Shown here in pieces: positions 52,855-64,000 of a DNA stretch of 64,000 bases (position 1 is the stretch's first letter; each line of letters opens with the position of its first letter). Origin of the DNA: Amoebidium appalachense (Eukaryota > Protista > Ichthyosporea). The translations under genes were made by a program, and so were the position numbers. Under the pieces are notes generated by a model. It did not search any database. It was not told the origin of the DNA and saw nothing but the letters and a program-made list of their open reading frames with translations. The DNA lies in NCBI GenBank assembly GCA_963693365.1, contig CAVNZM010000002.1, positions 12,022,328-12,086,327 of the forward strand, in the 5' to 3' direction.

Positions 52855-52960
52855 CAGATTCCACAGATCACTAGACCGAGTTTGATTGGCTCAGGATCAG
52901 ATTTCACATAACACTAGATCGATTTTGATTGGCTCAGATCGGTAGCCTTAGGTATATAAG
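52855..52960 (+). promoter_or_regulatory. Putative Pol II promoter in the A repeat: two inverted CCAAT boxes in a ~43-bp tandem unit, and TATATAA at 52953-52959
   Basis: ttgattggctcag occurs twice, then tatataa about 120 bp upstream of the gag ATG. Present in all four A repeats. Confidence 0.55.
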
Positions 52961-53075
52961 CACGACAGTTTTTAGCAGATCAGCAAGCAACAAACACATC
53001 TTCTGTGTTTAGCACCTACAGCTTTACAGCTATATTTTTCTTTTCTTCTCCCTATCTTTCCCTACGCCGGTCAGC

Positions 53076-54236
53076 ATGCCGCCGAAAAAGCGCCAGGCCT
53101 CAGCCGCCGCCCCTGCCGCGGCACCTAAGCGCCTGACCCGCAGCGACCTCCGCCACAGGCTGACCAACGCTCCCGCGGGCACTGACGCGCCTCCAGCGGT
53201 CCATACCACCACGGACCCTCCGGCTACTCTCCCCTCTACTCCTGAAGTCCCTCCTCAGGCCCCACCGTCCCCGCCGATGACTTCTCAAGACGCCGTCCTT
53301 GCCGCCCTCACCGCCATCAGCACCCAGATGGCTGGCGTCCTGGCCGCTCTCACCAACCGCGACCCTCCCGCGCCCCCCGCCGCGCCCTCCGCACCCGGGG
53401 AGATTTCCCTGGGGCTGCATCTCGGCCCTGACCTGGATCTACCTGCCCTGCCCGTGCCCCCCATTACAGGTGAGAACACTGGCGACATTCAGCCGGGCAC
53501 ACTCCCGCTTCCCCCCGCGGATGTGCTGGCAGATTTGCGCGCCAATCGTTTCGTCGACCTGTATAAGTTCACCCCCGCCGCCCTCCTGGCCCCATCCAAG
53601 AAAGGTCAGCATCTGCGCATGGCCGACGACGGCAGCATCGAGACTTTTCGCCAAGACAAACCTGTTCCCCTGCGTTCACTCGTCATTTGGATCCAAGCTT
53701 GGACCCATTACATGGCCGCCAAGCACCACCTCGGCCTCCCCACGGACAAAGAAGTACTTTGGACTCAGCACATCACTCGCCTCAGCACCCGATACCCGTG
53801 GGCCCAGATCCACAACTATGACGTATACGCCCGAACCGTTGCCCACCAGCAGGGTCGGGCTCCGATCGAGTGTCCCAACCTGCTCGCCCAACTCCACCAG
53901 GATCTCCTCCTGCCACCCACTCTGCTCATACCGGACACATGTCAGCGCTGCGGCTTCCCCGACCACCCCAGCGCGGCCTGCCCCATGTACCCCAAGCCCG
54001 GCTGTGGTCTTGATGGTTTCGAGCCGCCCCACAAGCCCGGCGGGGGACAAACCCCCAACCGACCCGGCCCGCAACCCGGCCCGGCACCACCGACCCGACC
54101 CGTGGATCTACCCGCGACACACTGCAGGAATTTCCACAACGGTCGGTCCTGCGCTAAGCAGCCCTGCCCCTTCTCCCACGTGTGCCCGCTCTGCTCTGGC
54201 ACACACCCCCGCAAAGACTGTAAGCACAATGCCTAG
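53076..54236 (+). CDS. Gag-like protein of copy 2 (386 aa, intact)
   Basis: ATG-to-TAG ORF with CX2CX4HX4C and CRNFHNGRSC..C..HVCPLC..H..C zinc motifs. Confidence 0.9.
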   Translation: MPPKKRQASAAAPAAAPKRLTRSDLRHRLTNAPAGTDAPPAVHTTTDPPATLPSTPEVPPQAPPSPPMTSQDAVLAALTAISTQMAGVLAALTNRDPPAPPAAPSAPGEISLGLHLGPDLDLPALPVPPITGENTGDIQPGTLPLPPADVLADLRANRFVDLYKFTPAALLAPSKKGQHLRMADDGSIETFRQDKPVPLRSLVIWIQAWTHYMAAKHHLGLPTDKEVLWTQHITRLSTRYPWAQIHNYDVYARTVAHQQGRAPIECPNLLAQLHQDLLLPPTLLIPDTCQRCGFPDHPSAACPMYPKPGCGLDGFEPPHKPGGGQTPNRPGPQPGPAPPTRPVDLPATHCRNFHNGRSCAKQPCPFSHVCPLCSGTHPRKDCKHNA

Positions 54237-54558
54237 TCTACGCGCACACCCACACCCACAGATAGAACATAGGGGCTAGGAGCTAGGTTACACGGGTCCA
54301 AGGACACGGAGCTCGGGAAAAACGGGGCACTAGGGCTGAGTAACAATTTTCGCAGGCCAACTACGGCGCCCGCGCGCGCCAAGAATAAATGTCCCTACAC
54401 AAAGACGTTATTCTGGCCACTGCACATAATTTTACTCCCCCCCCCCCCATCCCACGAGCCTCCCCCCCCCTTACACTCACCTAGCACTCCCTCCCCCCCC
54501 CCTTCTTCTAACTCTGTGTACGCCCACACCCGCGCGTGCTCGGGCATCCCCTGCACAG

Positions 54559-54628
54559 GGCCCCGCTGCCCTCCCTGCAAACCCTCCCTCGGGCCCAGCT
54601 GCCCTACTCTAAACCCACCGGGGCCCTG

Positions 54629-54663
<35 letters not shown>

Positions 54664-54864
54664 ATGCCGGGATCTCCCCGAGGGTGCCCCACCCTTGCTA
54701 ACCACCCCTTCCCCCGAGGCTCAGCCCCCGGAGGCCCGCCCGCTGCCCCAACACCACGTTGACACCTCCCGCCTCCGGGAGCTGCTGGCCCCCCTACCCA
54801 GCCCAATCATTCGCCGCGCAGCTCCTCCGTAACCAACTTCCCCGGACCCGACGACTCCGACCTT
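54559..54864 (+). pseudogene. Pol remnant: RT N-terminus fused to a 36-bp piece of the RNase H C-terminus
   Basis: ...QSFAAQLL joins RNQLPRTRRLRP at 54828/54829. About 1.4 kb present in copy 1 is missing here. Confidence 0.8.
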
Positions 54865-55930
54865 ACCTATCTCCCCTTCCGGAGCAACGCTGGCCGATTG
54901 GCCCCCCACTTTGCTCCGGCCGAGCTGCTTCGTGCCACCACTACCCTGCAGGAATGCCAGGCCCTGAGTCTCAACCTCGACTCTCGGGCCTTTTACTCCC
55001 GGGTGCAAAAAAGTATTCATCGATTTTTGTGTGGCATCTCGGCTGCAATCCTCCGCCGGGTCCTCCCTCCCGGCCTCCCCCCACACCGTGCAGCTTTTTC
55101 TCGCCTGGTGTGCCCAACGAGGGGTACAGGCCTCTTCCTTGGCCGGCTACAATTCGGCCATCACCAGACTCCACCTCGACATGGGCCTCCCTGCTCCCTA
55201 CCCCCACGACAAGTCTCTGGCCTGGTTCCTCCGAGGGGTGGGCAGATGGCAGCTTTCTCTCAACATCCGACCCCGATCATCCACCAGGGAGCCCCTCCTG
55301 CCCTCCCACCTCAGCATACTCCATGACCAGTGCCCCAACAAGGCCTCCTCGGCCAATCTACGGCTATGGACGGCCCTCATCGTCGGTTTCTGTGGTCTCC
55401 TCCGTTCGGGGGAATTTACCTCCAAAACCCTGACTTCCTTTGACCCGTCCCGTCACGTTAAACGGAAGGATGTGACCTTCAGCTACACCCCCACCGGTAC
55501 TTTGTCCCATGCCACCCTCCACCTGCCAACCTCCAAGACGGATGTACAGGCCCGAGGTGTCAACGTCACTCTAGCTACCCTGCCCCTCACCCACTTCTCC
55601 CCAGCCCATCTCCTCCGGCAATTCCTGGATACAACGTCCGGTCAACCCGACGACCCCCTGTTCAGTCTCGGTGGCATTCCCTACACCAAGGGTGCTTTCT
55701 CTGCCGACTTCCGTGCCCTCCTCTCCCGGGCAGGCCTCTCACCCTCCCGGTTTGCCGGCCACAGCCTCCGCATAGGGGGGGCCACAGCACTGGCTGAGGC
55801 CGGGGTCGACGACTCCCGGATCAAACAACTCGGCAGGTGGTCCTCCGACTGTTTCCTGATTTATACCCGCCTTCGTCCGGCCTCCATTGCTGCCACTACC
55901 ACACGTGTATTCGCCTCTATTCTTAAGTGA
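54865..55930 (+). CDS. Tyrosine recombinase (N-terminus uncertain; frameshift at the A run 55007-55012)
   Basis: Catalytic residues R (GLLRSGE), K (SKTD), HxxR (GHSLRIGGAT), W (LGRWSS) and Y (FLIY). Confidence 0.92.
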
Positions 55931-56780
55931 AACCTTTGGAGCAAGCATACTGCTCTCGTGCCGTGGTTTACAACCATTGCAGGTTCACTTTCGTCCAAGG
56001 GGATGTCCCCCTAGAGGCAACACACGTCCCGGAGTAGTTTTCATAGAGGTTTTATTTGTGGAAATTATTGACATAAATATTTTTCTGGGTAAACACGTAG
56101 GATGGGTGTCCGATATCAACAGACTTCGTTTCATGTTTTAGCAGTTCGCGTTCGGCTGCCCGCATACGGGCACCTATTAGCCGATCAAAACATCAGATTC
56201 CACAGATCACTAGACCGAGTTTGATTGGCTCAGGATCAGATTTCACATAACACTAGATCGATTTTGATTGGCTCAGATCGGTAGCCTTAGGTATATAAGC
56301 ACGACAGTTTTTAGCAGATCAGCAAGCAACAAACACATCTTCTGTGTTTAGCACCTACAGCTTTACAGCTATATTTTTCTTTTTCACCCACCCACCTACA
56401 CCCTACACTCAACCCCCATTGATCCCCACATACGTGCTGTTTTTTCACGGGGCGAAGACTTCCCCCGTTTTTTGGGCACAAGGACCTCACGGATCAATAA
56501 ATTGATGACTGGGGGCTTGCCGTGGTTTACAACCATTGCAGGTTCACTTTCGTCCAAGGGGATGTCCCCCTAGAGGCAACACACGTCCCGGAGTAGTTTT
56601 CATAGAAGAAAGAAATAAAGAAAGGAAGAAATAAAGAAAGAAAAAAAACGGGGAAAAAAAAAAGAGGATAGGAAAAGAAAGAAAGAAAGAAAAAACTCCA
56701 ATCCGAACTGTTATATTGAGTTAATTGGCCAGTGTTAGCCTGTACTGTCAACCTTTATTACGTGTTATGGGGAAGGGGTT

Positions 56781-56860
<80 letters not shown>

Positions 56861-58105
56861 GCATGGGTCACAGGGGAATCCTTAAAGGCACGGTTTTTTT
56901 TGTTTTTTTGGGGGGGGGGGAGGGGGGGGGGGGAACGGAGGAGGGGAAGGGGGGCTGATGAAAATGCGATAAAAAAAACCCAATGTCGCTGAAGTCTTCT
57001 AATGCTCTCAGTTTGCACCTGTTACAGAAGGCATCATGTAGTCTCTTTGCGGGTACGGTATACATACTTGAACAGAACATCTGACATCCATTATTCTATA
57101 CAAATGGTCCCTGAGCTTTGTCAATGAATCCTGTTACATGAGTACATGTTCTGGCTCACTTCTAGAGGTACCTGCAAGCTGCGCCGGTGCGTAGCAGCCG
57201 GCCTTACGGCCTCTCCTTGCTAGGCTCCTCCTTCTCGCCGTAGGAGTAAGTAACACAAGTGAAGGGGAAAAGGAACGTATTTGATTAAGTACGAAGCTCG
57301 AAAAGAAGAGAAGGAAACCAAATCGAGTATAGGGCGTATAGTATACATATGTTTTCGACACCTGGTTTCGTGCCACACGTCGATTTGATATGCAGAACTC
57401 AGAAACGAACTACACCCAAGCATCAAGTCCTACACGACCACACACACAAACTCGGAATGTTACGAAGTTGAGTGTGTACATGTCAACCCGCAGTGTACAG
57501 GTTTTTATACAGACAGGGTGGCTCCTATTCCCACGTAATCACGTGTCCACGATTGCTACGTAGTCAGAGTGACTCTTGCATCATAATCATAGCCCACACG
57601 AACACGAACTTGGCTCACAGTACTTGCAATTATTGCGCTTTGATGACGGCGTCTGATTCTACTGTACTGTACAAACGGACACAAAACAAAGCCAATGGTA
57701 AAGCAATGAAGAAAAGTGTAATTTATCTGTGCATGTACTTGTGCACATTGCCGTTGTGGACCAAGAAACCATACTTACGGCTGGGTAAGTAGTGTACGAC
57801 ATACGTATACGTAGCACCCGGGCCTCGCATGTCATGACACAATGTCCAAGCTTTCATGGTGCACAAAATAGCCCTTTGATCGTAAGTATGGCAACCAAGA
57901 GGGTATACTTACCGCAACCATGAATTTGGAGATTGAAACAGGCGGCATGGGCCATGATGTCAATAACAAACAGCATATAGCCCTCCCCCCCCCCCCCTCC
58001 CTCCCACACCCCGACCCACCCACCCAAACCCCACAAACCGAAATAGAAACAAGCAGAGATTACAGAAAGGCCTTGATGCTGACTGGTGTAATATTAAGAA
58101 GCCCC

Positions 58106-58138
<33 letters not shown>

Positions 58139-58371
58139 AGCTATAGATTGAGAAAGTACATTTTAGCGGCTATGAATCAAATGCGCATGCAAGTGCATGA
58201 GAGCCGAAGGCCCGTGCATGTACATAGGTGGATGCATCATATCACAATGCATGGATTTTCTCTTGTCTTTATAATTGCAGCTGGTATAGCATCGATTGCT
58301 TCTTGAGACAAAGACTATTCACTGCAAAAGCAGAATTGACTCGCTCAAAACCTACAATACCAACACATTGC

Positions 58372-58409
<38 letters not shown>

Positions 58410-58646
58410 CACACACACACAAACACATGCAAACACAATTACACACACATAAGGGGGGTTACGCTGTTTACTCGAGGCAAAGAGAACCAGTCTCAGGTAT
58501 GGGGGGGGGTTTTGCTCGGAATATCCCCTCAGCGGTATATCATGATCACGTACATAGATGTCGGGTGGTGACTATATATCAGGGTTTACTTTCTCTACGA
58601 GACACCATAAAGACTACAAGGAGAAATCAATTAGTTGGGGTTCCCC

Positions 58647-58688
<42 letters not shown>

Positions 58689-58720
58689 GGGCTCCCCTCG
58701 GGACACTCGGTATCAGCTGG

Positions 58721-58799
<79 letters not shown>

Positions 58800-58803
58800 T
58801 GCG

Positions 58804-61290
58804 CTATAATTTTGTAGTGATGTGTTTCTCAAGCCAATCAATAAATCTAATAAACAGGTCGTAGTTACGCGTGTTTAGTATAAAATCAAGGATGTTGTAA
58901 TTTACAGGTAGGCTATCTTTCTGGGTGTCTGTTGTGAATGTGACGTGTGTGTGTTGCGGTATTATGTGGTCTATCAAACTACATTTGGCGATACATGACC
59001 GGTTAAACTGGTGTGTGTGTGTGTTGTTTGGGCATGCAAACGATGCCACCTTATACTTATTAGATCTCCACTGTATAGCACGTGTACAGTAAAAGCGTGG
59101 TAATTGATCAATAATACCATCAGCTAGAGAAAGACCAGTTCTACAGGAAGGTAATATGTATTTAGGTGTTATACACTTGCGAGTGCCATATTTGGCAATA
59201 TGGTTGAGGCGGTCAGTATATATAAAACGAGACATAAGGCTTAGTTTTCAAGGTGTATGCTTTCATCGGGTCTAGTGTCGTGTGGTATCTTTTTCCATTT
59301 GTTATATTGCGTGATTATCTTGTGATTGTGTACATGTTTAATAAGTAAGTGGCAGTCCAAAGTCACACACACACTATTGCGGGGTTTATTTGTATTTGTG
59401 CCCAGGGGAGAAGGGGAGAGAGAGGGGAGGAAAGAGGGGAGAGGTGAGGAGGGGACAGGTCGGATAGAGAAGAGAGGGTGGGAGGGCAAATACTTCTTTA
59501 AGCGGCTTATGTGCTTATTGAATTTCAGCGCGAGATAGGATACTCTAGCAGCTATTGGGACCAGACCATATATCGAGAGCGTTACAGGCCCAGGTTTACA
59601 ACAGTTGTTAGATAGAAAGGAGGCAACTTCTGCTTCAAGGAAATTTGCCAGGGGTTTAAGCGCTCTAGTTCTCTCTTTCTTGATCCAAGCGGCGAGAAGG
59701 GGTAAACCATATTCACATGCCGGGAAGACAAAAGTGCGAATAAATGTAAGTCTAATAGAAGGATGGAGGGGTGTGTCTTTAAAAATATTAGCCGAGAAGA
59801 AAGCTAACCGCTTACGAGCCAACTCTACCCTCTTTTCGACCATATGGGGAAACATAACACCAACAGAATCAACCGGAACACCAAGATATTTGTATTCTGG
59901 AACTATAGGTACAGGTTTAGATGATAATGTAAATGTGTGTAAATTGTTAGCTATATCAGGTACAAGAACACCACATTTGTCTATGTTAAGGATCATAAGG
60001 TTTGCCTTGCACCACTCTGACACTACATCGAACAATCTTTGCAGGCGTCTAGGGGTACGGGCAAGGAGGGACAGATCATCAGCATAGAGAAGTGCAGGCG
60101 GAAAGTTATTAATAGGGTCATCGTTTTCGGCGTAAATCTTGACAGCCAAATCATCTATAAATAGGTTAAACAAAAAGGGGCTAAGCAATGAACCCTGCAA
60201 GAGACCTCTAGTACGAGCAAAACCATATGAAAGATGCCCATTAACCACAGCTCTACCATAGGTTTGAGACAAGAGTGCTTCTAACAGAACACCAATGCAG
60301 TGTGGTACACCCCGTGCAGCAAGCTTTTCCCATAGGAGACCAGGGGAGACAGAATCGTAAGCAGTTTTCCAATCAATAAAGCCAACATATTGTGCACCAA
60401 CTTGCATAGAATCGTGCAGTGCCATTATTTGAACATAACATGAATTGTTTTTACGAAAAGCGGATTGGCATGGGTGTATGTGAAGAATAGATTGAAACCT
60501 AGGGTGATGTGCAAATAACCTAAGTAAGCAAGCTTCAAAGAATCTACGAACAACCTGGGTTAGTGTAATGGGGCGAAAGGATGATATGGGGCCCTCGGAG
60601 TCCTTCTTAACTATGGGGATCACTAAGGTATCTAACCAAGATGACGGGACATGTCCACATTTAACACACCAAGAAAAGAGAGAGCTTAACATGATAGTAA
60701 GATCAGGTTTAATAGCACGATCACTTTCCTTTTGTGGGTAGGAGGGAACAAGGATTTTAAGAAACCCAGCAGGGAGTCCATCAGGTCCACAAGACTTACT
60801 AGAGCTATAACTAGATATCACAGACCATATGGCATCGGGACTGAAAAAGGGGAGGATCGATTCTATGGGGATAGATGGGTCTACAGGCCACACAATAGGT
60901 TTCTGAGCGGGGGTCCTATCTTTAAACAGTTCCGAGAAATACTTATCAGAGTCTATGAGGGGGTCTCCAGTGGTATCACCAATAATACGAGCAGGGGGGC
61001 CAAATCGATTCATACTAGCAAGCCGGCGCAAGCTTTCCTTTTGAGACAGGGGTTCACCTAGTCTAGCGGGAGTGGTGTTTGGTAACAAGAGAACATCGGG
61101 ATATTCCTTCCTACCACCGCCAGCATAATCACCGAGATCTATCAAATCATCAACAATAAAGTTAGTGCATGTATCTAGTACGAGATGTGAATCTGGCCTG
61201 GCTTGTGCAGATTCTAATAGGCGCATATATATAGGGTGTTTCGTAGCATAGCATACACATACATCAACTCTACCCCACTGTGACTTAAGC
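58804..61290 (-). mobile_element. Non-LTR-type reverse transcriptase element; no endonuclease recognisable; frameshift near 59240
   Basis: KSCGPDGL, IPIVKK..FRPITL, QSAFR, FIDWKTAYDSV, GLLQGSLLSPFLFN, LYADD, YKYLGV. The C-terminal ORF 58804-59235 has a Cys/His cluster. The 5' boundary is approximate. Confidence 0.85.
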
Positions 61291-61419
61291 TGGGATAGAC
61301 GGAGGCGAAAGGTGGGAGGAGGAGGGGGGAGCAGACATAACACCTGCGCACACATACAAAATGTACACACCCACTTTTTACACAACCGTATAAGACTGCG
61401 CCCCCCCCCCTCTTCCCCC

Positions 61420-61550
<131 letters not shown>

Positions 61551-62527
61551 AAAGAAAGGAAAAAAAAAAATAAGAAAAAAAGAAAAAAAAACACCCACAC
61601 CCACACCCACACAACCGCCCACGCCAACACCCACATCCACATCCAATGGACCCATACACACACGCACACTCCACCACACACACGGACACACAAGCACACA
61701 TAAACCCACACACACACACACACAACCTCACACACAGCCTCATAAGCTCAAAGGGATGGACATACTACCTTTACAGGCGGCCTGCGGCCAAAGCCACAAT
61801 GATAGACCCCACTAGATACCAAAATCGATCACGTGACTCATTTTTACTCCGGGACTACACATTTTACATGTTATGTTGTCTAGCGGGAGGAGCCATCGAT
61901 TGATGCATCCCCATATTGATTATAGTCTATGATAGAACATGTAATCTTGGTTACTACGAATACGTCTTGAGTAACAAACTGAAGGCCAGTAAGTATAGTA
62001 ACAACAATAACAACAAAAATAATACATAAAACTCAAACAATTACCACATCTAATCAAACAGTTTTAAAGGTAGTAACAAATGAATTTCCCTGTTTTACAC
62101 ACCAAGCCGTGCAATGATAAACTATTAAGCTTTGACACCAGGAAACATTCATGCAAAAGGCAAAATATACGGGGAAAAACATGTAGGCACAACACATTCC
62201 ATCTAAATCTACGAGTCTCTTTTTAGCTCAAATACACATGAGGGTGGAACTCAACTCTGTTTCGAGATATGCATGTTTCATTTTTCTTTATTTTTCCACA
62301 TGGAAAAAAAACAAAACAGCCTACCTTCATTCTCCCCCCTCCCCCCCCTCTTCTCCCCCCTTCCGCCCTGCCCCAAAGACCCCTTCCCACCCAACCCCCA
62401 CCTCCACCCACACACCACACCCACTGCGGCACCCACCCACACCGTGACCCCCCCCCCCCCCCCCCCTTTCCATCCCCCCCCCCCCCCCCCCCCCCCCTTT
62501 CCTCCCCACACTTACACGCACATGCAC

Positions 62528-63403
62528 TTAGTGGCCAAATTTCATGCTGCGGTATGTGTCTGCTGCGCTGATGACACGCTCCAAAAACTCCTGGAACTTG
62601 ATGATTTTGTCCTGGGGGGAAAACCGAATTTTGGCAGCATACTCAACACCCCATTCTCAAAAAAACAAAACAAACAAAAAAAAAAACACACAAAAACATG
62701 CACACACATGTATACCAATTGGCAACTGCATTTTAAGCGGCAACTGGATTTCAAGCAGAACTTCAACACATACATACACGCCTGAACAAACACGTGCACG
62801 TAAAAATACACGCACACATGTACGCACACAAAACCACTCACACGCACCACACACACCAGTAATACCTTGGCCCTAAACAACCAGGACACTCCCACAGCCG
62901 GGGTGCATGCGCACCCACTTTTCAATGAGCCTTTAATCTATGTTTTTTGCTTCTTTCCTCTTTCCTTTTTCTTTTCTTTTTTCTTTTTGTGATCGCCATT
63001 GAACAGACCTGGCTGTGGTAAGAGAAAAGGTAATGACCAAAACAAAATAGAGCTACGTGCCACCCTCCCCCCCCCCCCCCCAAAAAAAAAAACAAGCAAA
63101 CAAAAACAATCATTTTCTCCCATCGCCTCCCCTCCTCCCTCCTCCGCCACCTACTCGATAACTGCGGAAGGAAATTGTATTCCTGTGTCTATTTGTGTAT
63201 CGTGCGTGTGTATGTCTGTGTGTTTCGTGTGTGTGCTGGTGTTGGTGGTGGCTGCGGCGGCGTTGTGTGTGTGTGAGTGTGTGTGCGTGTGCGTGTGCGT
63301 GTGCGTGTGCGTGTGCGTGTGTGTGTGTGTGTATGTGTGTGTATGTGTGTGTTTGTGTGTGTGTGTGCATTTGGGGGGGGGGGGGGGGGGTTTGTGCGTG
63401 TGC

Positions 63404-63486
<83 letters not shown>

Positions 63487-63747
63487 TGCAACTCTCTCTC
63501 TCTGTGTGTGCGTGTGCGTGGAGGGGGGGGGGGGGGGGGAGGGGGGAGGGAGGGGAGGGGGGGGGGGGGGGGAGGGGGGGCTGTCTAATACCTGGTATGT
63601 GAGCACACCCAGGTAGCCGTGGGCCTTGAGCACAATGTTTGCAATCAGACGGGATATGCGACCGTTTCCATCGTGGAACGGGTGGATAAAATGCACAAGG
63701 GCGTGGTAGGCGTAGTAGGCTTTAAGCGCACCGTTCATGTCGCGCAT
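62528..63747 (-). CDS. Fic/Doc-domain protein, 3' exons (63747-63592 and probably 62611-62528)
   Basis: Canonical Fic motif HPFHDGNGRISR in a cag/gtatta-bounded exon. The phase-0 terminal exon DKIIKFQEFLERVISAADTYRSMKFGH* is inferred. Confidence 0.78.
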
Positions 63748-63853
63748 CTGCAGGTGTGGGTGTGAGTGTACGTTTTAGGTTTTGGTTTGGGTGAGTTCTT
63801 TGAGTCGGAGAGACGTTTTTTCCTCTTTTTTTCCTTCTTTTTTTTCATTTTTT

Positions 63854-63888
<35 letters not shown>

Positions 63889-64000
63889 ATGTGTGTGTGA
63901 GTTGGTGCCTCCCAGCTCTCTCTCTCTCTCTCTCATTCTCTCTCTCTCTCTCTCTCTCCCCCCCCCCCCCCCTCTCTCTCTGTGTGTGCATGTGTGTGCG

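Larger units (their letters stand above)
52709..56606 (+). mobile_element. Ngaro-like tyrosine-recombinase retrotransposon, copy 2; RT/RNase H deleted, YR retained
   Basis: A1 52709-53045, gag, pol remnant, YR, B1 55959-56047, A2 56048-56385, spacer, B2 56518-56606. Inserted in an (AAAG)n-like tract. Confidence 0.92.

Noticed and set aside
57771-57915. U1 snRNA (ATACTTAC)
   Set aside because: No ACCTG continuation and no U1 stem-loops or Sm site.
62922-63185. Alternative Fic terminal exons (EYNFLPQLSS / QVCSMAITKRKKK..)
   Set aside because: Spliceable but derived from low-complexity A-rich sequence. The exon at 62611-62528 looks more protein-like, though this is unproven.

Overview
This is a eukaryotic (probably protist) genomic window using the standard code and GT-AG introns. 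The introns are saturated with poly-C/poly-G, (AC)n/(GT)n and (GA)n tracts, so most ORFs in the supplied track are artefacts. Manual splicing recovers five host genes: the last three exons of an importin-5-like gene (+), a degraded GBP/atlastin-like GTPase gene (-), a 13-exon Rab escort protein gene (+), a large sacsin-like gene with a C-terminal RING that looks pseudogenised (-), and the 3' end of a Fic-domain gene (-). Mobile DNA includes two sibling split-direct-repeat tyrosine-recombinase retrotransposons (Ngaro-like, A1-B1-A2-B2) with reciprocal deletions: one keeps RT/RNase H and lacks YR, the other keeps YR and lacks RT/RNase H. There is also a young Ty1/copia element nested in the first copy, a TTAA-flanked MITE and a non-LTR RT element. 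The most unexplained signal is a duplicated ~260-nt non-coding element at 81-347 and 924-1172, probably in an importin-5 intron. Its two copies share a multi-stem, pseudoknotted fold with compensatory substitutions, and I could not match it to any RNA family I recognise. Single-base indels in homopolymers are common and are probably partly sequencing or assembly errors. No database searches were run.
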